A stretch of 63,676 bases of DNA, counting the filler, from Actinobacteria bacterium UBA7524 (GTDB lineage Bacteria > Actinomycetota > Coriobacteriia > Anaerosomatales > UBA912), in assembly GCA_002478275.1 (NCBI GenBank). It is 7 parts of 6 records of this genome, joined end to end, with 100 filler letters (N's around TTAATTAATTAA, not from the genome) between each part and the next. Parts side by side here need not be neighbours in the genome. Positions count along the whole stretch, not along the records: positions 8,572 to 11,420 come from DLMY01000010.1; positions 11,521 to 37,275 come from DLMY01000003.1; 5 more parts are not named here. One strand, given 5' to 3'. Position numbers and translations under genes: made by a program. The notes below the pieces were generated by a model, which was not told where the DNA came from, did no database searches, and saw only the letters and a program-made list of their open reading frames with translations. This document shows, piece by piece, positions 10,308 through 18,588 of the stretch. How positions within the stretch are numbered: the first letter of the stretch is position 1; every line of letters begins with the position of its first letter.

Positions 10308-11420
10308 ATGGGCAGTCCGCGATGCGTTCGGCGTGCCGCGCTCGCAGTGGTCGCGTGGACCACTATTCTACTTCTCGTGCCCTCGCTGGTGCATGCTGCA
10401 GGTGATCCGGCTGCGAATGCCGACTGCTTGACGTGCCATGCCGCCAAGACCGATTTCTCCGTAACCCCTGTCGACCGCGATGCCGTCTGCATCAAGTGCC
10501 ACCTTCCCGGCTTCGTCTTCACCCATCCTTACCACCAGATCGGCTCCACGTGCGGCGCGATGTGTCATCCCGGCTGGGGCGACACGCTCATGTTCGCGGT
10601 GCCCTCGCATACCGATCCCTCATCGGGCGCCGCGTTCGCTACCGAGTTTTCGAAAGACACCCACTCGTCTCTGATCCACATCATCCACTCCAAGCCCCGC
10701 TGGCCGGGCGGCGTGGACACGTCAGTGAGCGCGTGTTCGAGNNNNNNNNNNNNNNNNNNNNNNNNNNNNNNNNNNNNNNNNNNNNNNNNNNNNNNNNNNN
10801 NNNNNNNNNNNNNNNNNNNNNNNNNNNNNNNNNNNNNNNNNNNNNNNNNNNNNNNNNNNNNNNNNNNNNNNNNNNNNNNNNNNNNNNNNNNNNNNNNNNN
10901 NNNNNNNNNNNNNNNNNNNNNNNNNNNNNNNNNNNNNNNNNNNNNNNNNNNNNNNNNNNNNNNNNNNNNNNNNNAACTCGCTGCGGACCGGCGGACGCTA
11001 CAGCTACTCGAGCCAGGCGGGCGCCACTATGAAGATCGCCTTCACTGGTACGCGCGTCGAGCTCGTCGCCGACAAGGACCCCTACCGGGGACGTGCGCAG
11101 GTCTTCATCGATAGCGAGCCCACCCCCAGGACGACGATAGACCTGTACTCGCCATCGACCACTGTTCAGGTGGTGGTGTTCGCTGCTGACGATCTTGGTC
11201 CCGGCGAGCACACGATAACGGTGAAAGTCCTCGGCCAGAAGAGTTCCGCGTCGCGTTCGACGATGGTGCTGGTCGACGGTTTCCGGGTCTACTCCGAGCT
11301 TCCTGAGTCGATCACGCCCGACTGTGTGAGCTGCCATGATTCGCACGGCAGCTTCGACCACGAGGCATCCCAGACGGTCGGCGTCTACCCCGGACCCGCT
11401 CCCGACTACGCGTGCACGAC
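10308..11420 (+). CDS. Secreted multiheme cytochrome c with an inserted beta-sandwich (CBM-like) domain; internal gap, 3' truncated
   Basis: Signal peptide; CLTCH, CIKCH, CGAMCH, an ACS.. motif running into the gap, then FTGTRVELVADKDPYRGRAQVFID, CVSCH and YACT.. at the scaffold end. Confidence 0.8.
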
Positions 11421-11520
11421 NNNNNNNNNNNNNNNNNNNNNNNNNNNNNNNNNNNNNNNNNNNNTTAATTAATTAANNNNNNNNNNNNNNNNNNNNNNNN
11501 NNNNNNNNNNNNNNNNNNNN

Positions 11521-11542
11521 CCCCCCGAAACCTTACGCGCTC
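11521..11542 (-). repeat. Second copy of the 22-bp scaffold-end repeat
   Basis: Exact reverse complement of 8450..8471. Confidence 0.6.
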
Positions 11543-11546
11543 AGTC

Positions 11547-12191
11547 TTATGCGGTCCGGGAACGCACCACGAGAACGCGACCCGAGTGCACGGTGACAGA
11601 AGAACGACCCGGTTCCGTCACGTTGCTCAACCCCAGAGAGGACAAAGGATCGAGCAACTGGTTCTTCAGAGGGTAACGAAACCCTCTCAGCGTGACCCGG
11701 GTCTCCTCGGCGAGGGCGAATACGGATACTGTATCGCCGTTACCTGGAAGGATGAGGTGGGTCTCCCCCTCTGGCTGTAATAGCCAGCCATCGAGTTCGC
11801 GTTCCCAGATCGACAAATCCGGAACCGGAGAGCTAGCTATCGACCCGACCGCTGCCAGGGTGTGATCGAGTCTTCCTCCGAAGACCGCCGTCAGGTTGGC
11901 TCGGCGAAACCCGATCTCGTGTGCTACCGCCAGCGCGGCGTCGAGGTCGGTGATGTCTTTGTCCACGGGCAGCTGCCGTATGTCGACACCCTTGGAAGTC
12001 GCGTGTTCGAGTCCCTCGAGCGAGATCGAGTCCATGTCACCGACCAGGACGTCCGGAGTCCTGTCCGCCTGTCGGCACAGATCCCCTCCGGAATCCACGG
12101 CGATCAGGTGAGTGGCCGCTTGAATCAGGGGCGTGTACGCGGCGCTGTCGGAGACGGGAGCTCCGCAGACGATGAGGGTCGACGTGCTCAT
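11547..12191 (-). CDS. thiN: Thiamine pyrophosphokinase
   Basis: AVDSG, GDMDS, DKDITD, GGRLDHTLA, GFRYPL and LGLSN motifs. Confidence 0.93.
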   Translation of the reverse strand: MSTSTLIVCGAPVSDSAAYTPLIQAATHLIAVDSGGDLCRQADRTPDVLVGDMDSISLEGLEHATSKGVDIRQLPVDKDITDLDAALAVAHEIGFRRANLTAVFGGRLDHTLAAVGSIASSPVPDLSIWERELDGWLLQPEGETHLILPGNGDTVSVFALAEETRVTLRGFRYPLKNQLLDPLSSLGLSNVTEPGRSSVTVHSGRVLVVRSRTA

Positions 12192-12787
12192 CGGGCGTTC
12201 TCGGGCAGATCAGTCCCGGTGGGCCGGTCACGTTCCGAGTGGATGCGGGACAGTACCGGCAAGATCACTGCGGCAGCGGCGAAGACAGCGGCGGCGGAGA
12301 CCGGGACGTACAGGTTGTAGATCGCCGAGTACAGAAGAACAGGTTGACCCTCCGGAGCATATTGGCCGAAGAAGACAACACCTGATATCACGTGCGCGAT
12401 GTAGCGGAGTCCCGTTCCCAGAACGACTGCAGGGAGTAAGACCGTCCACACCGCGAGTCGGGCCCGGTCCGCGGCAGCCGAACGCTTCCACTGATACGAA
12501 AGGACGCCAGCGAATCCGACGACCCCGTATGCGACCGGGTAGTCTAGGAGCACCTGCAAGGGATAGTAGATCGCAGGATCGATCATCAGGTCGACCAGAC
12601 CGTACAGGGCACCGGTGACAAGACCTGCGAGTAAGCCCCTACGAACCGCGATGACGAGCAGGGGCAGCATGACAAGCGAGACGGTCCCGCCTTGCGGCAT
12701 GTGGACGATCCGCAATGCGTTGAGAACGGCGGCCAGCGCGATGGCAAGAGCCATCTCCACCAGAACATCGGTACGTAAAGACTTCAT
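12188..12787 (-). CDS. thiT: ECF-type thiamine transporter S component
   Basis: MPQGGTVSL, QVLLDYPVAY and SGVVFFGQYAPEGQPVLLYS are ThiT (YuaJ) signatures; coupled to thiN. Confidence 0.92.
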   Translation of the reverse strand: MKSLRTDVLVEMALAIALAAVLNALRIVHMPQGGTVSLVMLPLLVIAVRRGLLAGLVTGALYGLVDLMIDPAIYYPLQVLLDYPVAYGVVGFAGVLSYQWKRSAAADRARLAVWTVLLPAVVLGTGLRYIAHVISGVVFFGQYAPEGQPVLLYSAIYNLYVPVSAAAVFAAAAVILPVLSRIHSERDRPTGTDLPENAR

Positions 12788-12843
12788 CGACTACCTCCAG
12801 GTCGGGGGAGCGACGAAGTCACCGATGAACCAGCACGGTGTCC

Positions 12844-12940
12844 TACCGTGTTGCGTGTCCCGCATTACCGGGACAGTCATTCCGGTCGTGGTCACTCCAG
12901 ACCACCTCTCAGCCACTTCGCAGTAGCTCCCGATACGGTA
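12844..12940 (-). ncRNA. TPP-riboswitch-like aptamer (variant) upstream of thiT-thiN
   Basis: Minus strand: P1 UACCGU/ACGGUA, GGGAG, P3 CUAC/GUGG, CUGAGA, P3a GUGGUC/GACCAC, GACCG, and P5 with the GUAAUG loop. The J4/5 and J5/4 residues are atypical (see findings). Confidence 0.85.
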
Positions 12941-13027
12941 TGCGGTTTGTACCAGCACATCCTGTCACACGATACGCCGCCGTGCAACCGCAGGCGCTCC
13001 GCTCCGCTCCGTTCCGGCTGCCGAGGA

Positions 13028-14125
13028 TCAGGGAGTGGTGAGGTACTCACCAAGTCCGCGGTATAGGCGCCGCGCCAGCTCATCGGCCCAGACCGGATCT
13101 CGGAACGCGGCCATATCTGAATTGTCGATCGTGGACCCGAGAACGATTCTGACAGCAGGAAGTGCACGACCGGCCGTCACCTCATCGGCATTGATCTGGC
13201 CCGTAGTCGCCGGTGTCCCGCCTTCCCGGAGTTGTGCCAGGATCGAATCGGCAAGGCGTTGCGTGTCGGCGCTTACCGAGGATCCGCCCGAAACGACCGT
13301 GCGAACTGCCAGTCCCGGTGGTGCTACAGAGATCACGTCGAGGCCTACCACGAGCTTCGCCTCGGTCGGTACGGCTGCCGCACGACCAGCCGGAGTGGTG
13401 TCGGTGCTGGTCAGTGATCGCGTCAGCACGACCGTCGCGCCGGATGCTTCAAGCAACGAGCGCAGTCGCCGTGCGACCTCAAGGGTCACGTCACTTTGAC
13501 CTTCCTGCATCGGAGAAGGATCCAGCGCCAACGTGATGCCTTCGATGTCGTACGGCAGCAGCGCAGTGTCCTCGCGAGTCTCCACCGCGACGGTCAGTCG
13601 CACAATGTCGCCTGTGCGCACCGTTGCGCCCGGTGACGGATTCGTCGAGATGACCGTGTCCTTTGCGGCGTCGGACTCCTCCTGTTCGACGCGGACGGTC
13701 ACTCCTTGCGCCTCGAGCTGACTTTGGGCGATGCGCAAGGGCATACCCAAGACATCAGGCATGATGAATTCCTCGGTGCCGGCTGAAACCGTGAGCACCA
13801 CGATGGTGTCGGCGGTCACTCGCGTACCAGCAGGAGGCTCCTGTGCAAGGACGGTACCCGGTGGAGAAGGATCGAAGATGCGCTCCCCGATCTGGCTGCT
13901 CAGCCCCGCCTGCGTGAGGTTCACCGTGGCGACAGAGTCGGTCAGGCCGACGACATCGGGAACGTCAACCAAGTTCCTCTCAGAGAAGAACATGACTGAC
14001 GCAAGTACTATCGCCAGCACGGCGAGGGCCACGACAGCGGAGATCGGGACCCAACGCGGGATGAAGTGTGGCCTTTCCGGCCGATCGCGAGGTACTTCTG
14101 GGATCTGTGTGGTGGCGGAAGTCAT
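13028..14125 (-). CDS. Membrane-anchored protein with 2 PASTA domains and a degenerate Amidase_3 domain
   Basis: N-terminal TM; VPDVVG..A...L...GL and MPDVLG PASTA repeats; C-terminal LALDP...VARRLRSLLEASGATVVLTR...PAVRIVLG amidase fold. Confidence 0.8.
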   Translation of the reverse strand: MTSATTQIPEVPRDRPERPHFIPRWVPISAVVALAVLAIVLASVMFFSERNLVDVPDVVGLTDSVATVNLTQAGLSSQIGERIFDPSPPGTVLAQEPPAGTRVTADTIVVLTVSAGTEEFIMPDVLGMPLRIAQSQLEAQGVTVRVEQEESDAAKDTVISTNPSPGATVRTGDIVRLTVAVETREDTALLPYDIEGITLALDPSPMQEGQSDVTLEVARRLRSLLEASGATVVLTRSLTSTDTTPAGRAAAVPTEAKLVVGLDVISVAPPGLAVRTVVSGGSSVSADTQRLADSILAQLREGGTPATTGQINADEVTAGRALPAVRIVLGSTIDNSDMAAFRDPVWADELARRLYRGLGEYLTTP

Positions 14126-14280
14126 CTTCTCCCAATCTCATATCACGACGGATGCCGGCGGTCCCGCTTCCCTATCGACCCGTCCGGTATTGCGGTGGAC
14201 GCCTGGAACGCGGTAACCTGCATCGCTGGTCGCACAGAACCACATCGCACGATTCTGTATCACCTGAAGGAGCATGTCTA

Positions 14281-14556
14281 ATGCCAGCGTACGACTACCG
14301 TTGTATCACCTGTGATGCGACTTTCGAAGTCATTCGTCCCGCCGGCGACACGCGATCACCCGCGTGTCCGCAGTGTGGCGGCAGCTCCAAACGTGTCTTC
14401 ACCCCCGTCGGGGTCGTCTTCAAAGGCTCCGGGTTCCACAACACGGACTACAGGCCTGCTCCACAAGCGGAGAGCGAGAAAGCGGCGCCTGCCACAAGCT
14501 GCGAATCCGCAGGCTCGAAGAGCGCCTGCTCGAACTGCCCCGCAGCGTCGGACTGA
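14281..14556 (+). CDS. FmdB-family zinc-ribbon protein
   Basis: MPAYDYRCITC...CPQCGG...VFKGSGFHNTDY; AAGGAG Shine-Dalgarno upstream. Confidence 0.9.
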   Translation: MPAYDYRCITCDATFEVIRPAGDTRSPACPQCGGSSKRVFTPVGVVFKGSGFHNTDYRPAPQAESEKAAPATSCESAGSKSACSNCPAASD

Positions 14557-14611
14557 AACCAGCGGCTCCGAGGCGACCCTCATTCTCGGACCCCCGGTGC
14601 GCAGCTCGCGC

Positions 14612-15577
14612 TCAGTCCATTCGCACCCAGAACCTCTCATCACCGGTACGGTACACCGTTTCGACGAACCGGACCGTCCCGGTCTTGCCATCCATCGCGA
14701 CCGAGTGGGTTCTCGCCCCGGTGCCGAAGTACTTCACTCCCCGCAACATCTCGCCGTCGGTCACGCCGGTGGCGATGAAAGCGGCACTGTCCGTGGCGAC
14801 CAGGCAGTCCATGTCCAGAACGCCATCGATGTCGCAACTCGACATCTGTTCGGCCCGGGCCCTCTCTTCGTCGTTACGGAAGGCGAAACGACCCATGAAG
14901 CACCCGCCGATGCAGCGCATGGCGGCGCACGCGAGTACGCCCTCGGGTGCTGCGCCGATCCCGAGGTACAGATGGATACCGGTACCCTCGATGGCTGTCG
15001 CGACCGCTCCGAACACATCACCGTCACTGATCAGTCGGATGCGCGCCCCGGCTTCGCGTACTTCCTGGATGAGATCGACATGGCGGTCTCTGTCCAAGAT
15101 GCATACGACTATGTCTTCGACCGGACGCTTCAGCGCCGCTGCAACCGCCTTGACGTTCTCTGTAGGCGTGGCATCGATATGGACGACGTCCGCAGCTGCC
15201 GGCCCGACGGCGACCTTGTTCATGTAAGTGTCGGGCGCGTGAAGCAGCGTTCCCTCCGGAGCGAACGCCAGTACCGCAAGAGAATTCGGCTGACCGTATG
15301 CGGTCAGGTTCGTTCCCTCAAGCGGGTCGACGGCGATGTCGACCTTCTCACCACCGCAGCCGACCTCTTCGCCGATGAACAGCATGGGAGCTTCGTCACG
15401 TTCGCCCTCACCGATGACTATGCGTCCAGCGATGTCCAGCCCGTTGAAAGCCGTTCGCATGGCTTCGACCGCAGCATCATCGGCGGCATGCTTGTCACCC
15501 TTCCCCATCCAGCGGCCGGCAGCGAGCGCCGCAGCCTCGGTGACCTCAAGCATCTCCACGATTCTCGTGTTCCGCAT
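14612..15577 (-). CDS. glpX: Class II fructose-1,6-bisphosphatase
   Basis: VIGEGERDEAPML, AVDPLEGT, ISDGDV and ATGVTDG. Confidence 0.96.
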   Translation of the reverse strand: MRNTRIVEMLEVTEAAALAAGRWMGKGDKHAADDAAVEAMRTAFNGLDIAGRIVIGEGERDEAPMLFIGEEVGCGGEKVDIAVDPLEGTNLTAYGQPNSLAVLAFAPEGTLLHAPDTYMNKVAVGPAAADVVHIDATPTENVKAVAAALKRPVEDIVVCILDRDRHVDLIQEVREAGARIRLISDGDVFGAVATAIEGTGIHLYLGIGAAPEGVLACAAMRCIGGCFMGRFAFRNDEERARAEQMSSCDIDGVLDMDCLVATDSAAFIATGVTDGEMLRGVKYFGTGARTHSVAMDGKTGTVRFVETVYRTGDERFWVRMD

Positions 15578-15653
15578 CCTGTCTCCTCCCTCGGTTCGAG
15601 CTCCTTACGATGGTGTGACGCGACTGTCAGAGCGGGCCGCCACCACTTTCGCC

Positions 15654-17021
15654 TCACTGTGTTCGATGTCGCTGCAGAAGGGCACAGAAGTGTCCGTCGG
15701 GGCCATCCGGCGCGGGTAGCGTCTGGAAGAAACCCTCAGGCGTGACGGCACTGCGCATATGAGGCGTGATGTACACGCCGATATCCACAAGTGAGAAGCC
15801 GTCCCCGCCTGTTTCGTCGAGAAAACCTCGTACCACGTGCTGATTCTCGGCAGGCAACACCGTACACGTCGAGTACACCACGAAACCACCTGGCCTCACA
15901 AGGCGTGCTGCAGACGCCAGGAGCGCACCCCCGAGTTGAGCGAGCTCGTCGATGTCGTCGGACGCAAGCCGCCACTTCCGCTCGGGGTGACGCCTCAGCG
16001 TGCCGGTTCCCGAGCAGGGGGCGTCCACGATCGCCAGGTCGAAGCCTTCCCCCACCGAAGCGGAAAGCCGATCGCCGTCAGAAGCGTCCAGCGTGAATAC
16101 TTCCACATCCGGTGCACCGAGGCTTTGCATCCTGCGTCGCAAGAGGTCGACTTTGAACCGGTGAAGGTCGACTGCGCTGACCGAGATCTCGCAACCGGAC
16201 CTTCGAGCATTCGCGTACAGCAGCAGGGTCTTCGTACCCCTGCCCGACGCAAGCTCCAAGACCCTGTCCCCGGCCGACAACGGGATCGCGGCTACGATCG
16301 CCTGGGCTGATGCGTCGGCGACAATCGCAAGCCCCTCACGGAGCGCTGTCGAGGAGACCGTGGCTGCAGGATCGTCACAAGACACGCAGCCGGGCGGCCC
16401 GAAGGGCTGCGGCTCGCAGTTGTCTGCGCGCAGACTGTCGAGGAGTTCCTCGAAAGAGCCCTTGAACGGGTTGTGGGCCACATACAGTGGTGCCCGGCCG
16501 GAATCGGCCTTCATGACAGCGGCGCCCGCATAGTGACCCAGGTCCTGGACCAGACGTTGCGCGAGCCACAGCGGAAAACCCGTCGCCCGCGCCAACACGT
16601 CAAGCTCGACCTCAGGATCCCCCCAGGGAAACGAGGGAGCGGCCTCCGCGATGCGCCGCAAGACAGCGTTGGCGAGGCCTGCTGCTCGTGGAGCGACCGT
16701 GCGTGCGAGTTCGACACCCTGATCGACGGCGGCATGGGGTGAGACATCGAGAAAGAGCAGCTCGTAGGCGCTTACACGCAAAGCATCACGAAGGCGAGGA
16801 TGAATCTTGCCGGGGTTGGTGGCGAAGCGGTCGATCGCCTCGTCAAGCGTTCCCCACATCTCGACCGCGCCGTAAGCGAGACGCGTCGCGAACGCCCGGT
16901 CGCGTGGATCCATCTGAGTAGTAGCCAGGGCCGTCTGCAGGGCGTCGTGGGTCCATGCGTTGTTCGCGCGAACCTTCCAGACGACATCCAGGGCGACTCG
17001 ACGCGCCTGACTGACCCCCAT
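15654..17021 (-). CDS. rsmB: 16S rRNA m5C967 methyltransferase (NusB-like domain plus RsmB)
   Basis: N-terminal NusB-like domain; VDAPCSGTG, YSTCT and ENQ..V motifs; ATG overlaps the fmt stop. Confidence 0.9.
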   Translation of the reverse strand: MGVSQARRVALDVVWKVRANNAWTHDALQTALATTQMDPRDRAFATRLAYGAVEMWGTLDEAIDRFATNPGKIHPRLRDALRVSAYELLFLDVSPHAAVDQGVELARTVAPRAAGLANAVLRRIAEAAPSFPWGDPEVELDVLARATGFPLWLAQRLVQDLGHYAGAAVMKADSGRAPLYVAHNPFKGSFEELLDSLRADNCEPQPFGPPGCVSCDDPAATVSSTALREGLAIVADASAQAIVAAIPLSAGDRVLELASGRGTKTLLLYANARRSGCEISVSAVDLHRFKVDLLRRRMQSLGAPDVEVFTLDASDGDRLSASVGEGFDLAIVDAPCSGTGTLRRHPERKWRLASDDIDELAQLGGALLASAARLVRPGGFVVYSTCTVLPAENQHVVRGFLDETGGDGFSLVDIGVYITPHMRSAVTPEGFFQTLPAPDGPDGHFCALLQRHRTQ

Positions 17022-17941
17022 CAGACGGGCTCCCATCGCGCGTCTGTGCCGGGACGAGCCCCACACGCGAAGGCGTGGCCCTCGATCGGCCGCTTGCCCT
17101 CGGCGCGAACCGTGTCCAGCGTGATCGCTCCGTCAGAGAACCCAGCGACCAATGCGGTGCCGTCGAACACGATGCGACCCGGCAGTGCGGACACGAAGCT
17201 CTCGGTAGCGGCGATGACATCGATGCGCTTCCCACATACGATCATCTTCGATCGGGCGCTCGCAGAAGACGCCCTGACCCTGCGCAACGCCTGTTCCGTG
17301 GTGAGTTCCGGGTGTAGTGCCAAGTCGACGTCTTCGACCTTGTGGGCGTACGTTGCGCGGCTATCATCCTGGCGCATCCACTCCACGGTGCCCGCTTCCA
17401 GCTGCTCCAACGTCTCCAGGAGTGCCTGAGCGCCTTCCTCGGCGAGCTCGGCGGTCAATCGGGGGAGGTCCTTGTCGCTCACCTCGACCCTGCGCACGCT
17501 GGTGAACGGCCCGGTGTCGAGGCCTTCCTCCATCAGCATGATCGCAACACCTGTCTCGACATCTCCCTGAAGGATCGCGTGGTGTATGGGGGCGGCACCA
17601 CGATGTCGCGGGAGAAGCGAGGCATGCACATTCAGGCACCCGAGGGGCGGGATGTCGAGCACTTCGCGCGGCAACAGCAGGCCGTATGCTGCAACACAGA
17701 TGACCTCGGGCGCATGTTCGCGAAGTGTGGAGGCAGCAACCGGGTCACGAAGGGTCGCCGGCTGATAGACGGGTATGCCGAGCTCTACTGCTACGTCCTT
17801 GACCGGAGATGCGATCGGATCTTTCCCGCGGCGGCGCGGCCGGTCGGGTTGCGTGAATACAGCTGCGACCTCATGCGCTCGCGCGAGAGCACGGAGTGAC
17901 GGCACAGCGAACTCGGGAGTCCCCATGAATACGACCCTCAT
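17021..17941 (-). CDS. fmt: Methionyl-tRNA formyltransferase
   Basis: MRVVFMGTPEFA, NVHASLLPRHRGAAPI and GLDTGP. Confidence 0.96.
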   Translation of the reverse strand: MRVVFMGTPEFAVPSLRALARAHEVAAVFTQPDRPRRRGKDPIASPVKDVAVELGIPVYQPATLRDPVAASTLREHAPEVICVAAYGLLLPREVLDIPPLGCLNVHASLLPRHRGAAPIHHAILQGDVETGVAIMLMEEGLDTGPFTSVRRVEVSDKDLPRLTAELAEEGAQALLETLEQLEAGTVEWMRQDDSRATYAHKVEDVDLALHPELTTEQALRRVRASSASARSKMIVCGKRIDVIAATESFVSALPGRIVFDGTALVAGFSDGAITLDTVRAEGKRPIEGHAFACGARPGTDARWEPV

Positions 17942-17966
17942 GACAGCAAGCCCCCTCCGAAGCCAC

Positions 17967-18458
17967 CTACAGTGGAGTCTCGATCGCCTCACGATATCTT
18001 TGTAGTGCGGCTTTGCGCTCCTCTGGCGTGGCCCGATCGATGATCAATACCCCGTCGAGGTGGTCTATCTCGTGCTGCAACAAGCGGGCGAACAAGTCCT
18101 CGGCCTGAAACACGACCGGCTCCCCATCCAGGTCGACCGCCTCACACGTGACCGACACTGCGCGCTCGATGGGCACTCCTATGCCGGGAAGCGACAGGCA
18201 ACCCTCATCGTCTGTGGCGGTCTCGTCAGACCTCTCGACGATACGCGGGTTACAGAGGGCGGTGAGATTCTCATCCAGGTCGAAGACGATGAGGCGCTTG
18301 AGTACTCCGACCTGCGGAGCCGCAAGGCCGATGCCAGGCGCCTCGTACATCGCTTTGGCCATCGCTGCCGCAAGCCGCCTCAGGTCCGGGTCCGTCGACA
18401 CGTCGACCTCCGCAGCGCGCTGGCGCAATACCGGATTCGGATGATTCAGTATCTCCAT
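17967..18458 (-). CDS. def: Peptide deformylase
   Basis: GIGLAAPQVG, EGCLSLP and QHEIDHLDG. Confidence 0.97.
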   Translation of the reverse strand: MEILNHPNPVLRQRAAEVDVSTDPDLRRLAAAMAKAMYEAPGIGLAAPQVGVLKRLIVFDLDENLTALCNPRIVERSDETATDDEGCLSLPGIGVPIERAVSVTCEAVDLDGEPVVFQAEDLFARLLQHEIDHLDGVLIIDRATPEERKAALQRYREAIETPL

Positions 18459-18588
18459 CTAGCGAATGCCTTCCGACGAATCGGGTGTTCCTGACATGGC
18501 GCCGGGTCTGCGGCGCCGGGCTGGGCGAGCGACAGGCAGCAATTATCCTGCCTGGATACCGATTCTACCTGTTGCACCCCGCCCTATG

